From the NCBI RefSeq assembly GCF_958439105.1, contig NZ_CAUDLI010000004.1, positions 274,009-298,008 of the forward strand: a DNA stretch of 24,000 nucleotides, read 5' to 3'. Positions 23,883 to 24,000 of the stretch are shown one piece after another. This DNA is from Ralstonia flatus (GTDB taxonomy: Bacteria; Pseudomonadota; Gammaproteobacteria; Burkholderiales; Burkholderiaceae). Every line of letters begins with the position of its first letter. Positions within the stretch are counted from its first letter, which is position 1. The translations under genes and the position numbers were made by a program. The notes beneath the pieces are model-generated. The model was not told where the DNA came from. It searched no databases and worked only from the letters and a program-made list of their open reading frames with translations.

Positions 23883-24000
23883 ATGCCCCTCGTTCAAGTG
23901 TCGCTGCGGCGCGGCAAGCCTGCCGCTTATCACCAGGCCATTTTCGACGGCGTCTATCGCGCCATGCGCGAAACATTCAACGTGCCGGAAGACGACCGCT
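23883..24000 (+). CDS. tautomerase (4-oxalocrotonate tautomerase superfamily) protein, N-terminal fragment (3' end outside the window)
   Basis: My own translation: AAGGAG, 6 nt, then ATG: MPLVQVSLRRGKPAAYHQAIFDGVYRAMRETFNVPEDDR. Pro directly after the initiator Met is the hallmark catalytic Pro1. The frame is open to the window edge. Confidence 0.65.
   Translation, partial: MPLVQVSLRRGKPAAYHQAIFDGVYRAMRETFNVPEDDR

Overview
This is a high-GC proteobacterial chromosomal segment (roughly two-thirds G+C by eye). The protein sequences look like Burkholderiaceae of the Cupriavidus/Ralstonia type. All family calls come from reading motifs in the supplied translations, with no database search.

nt 1-5631 carries the distal part of a flagellar operon: fliF (3' fragment), fliG, fliH, fliI, fliJ and fliK. 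Their start and stop codons overlap, as in coupled translation. The flagellar cluster stops there, with no fliL-R following.

The rest of the window is a mosaic of ordinary genes:
- a DedA-rhodanese fusion membrane protein and a PAT-type GNAT acetyltransferase
- two small lipoproteins and a secreted tandem-repeat protein
- a DUF1345-like membrane protein coupled to an AI-2E transporter
- an Fsr-type MFS transporter
- a LysE exporter with a divergent GcvA-like LysR regulator
- an SDR oxidoreductase and a histidine phosphatase
- a secreted CPG2-like M20 carboxypeptidase
- a copC-copD pair
- a KAS III-like condensing enzyme
- an AraC/GyrI regulator coupled to a secreted alpha/beta hydrolase
- a LysR regulator divergent from a tautomerase gene that is cut by the window end

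The observations most worth follow-up are:
1. A sigma-28-type promoter match right after fliK. It faces a ~280-nt ORF-less, hairpin-rich stretch that ends in a strong intrinsic terminator, so it is a candidate FliA-dependent sRNA.
2. Two perfect tandem LexA boxes sitting on the promoter of an orphan 90-aa gene.
3. A secreted protein built almost entirely of nine KFDPYT(E/Q)GA repeats.
4. A 14-bp inverted repeat (GACAAT-AA-ATTGTC) shared by the upstream regions of the repeat-protein gene and the MFS gene.
5. A 720-bp gap with a minus-strand terminator and two coupled mini-ORFs.

I found no rRNA, tRNA, CRISPR array, IS element or recognisable defence system.
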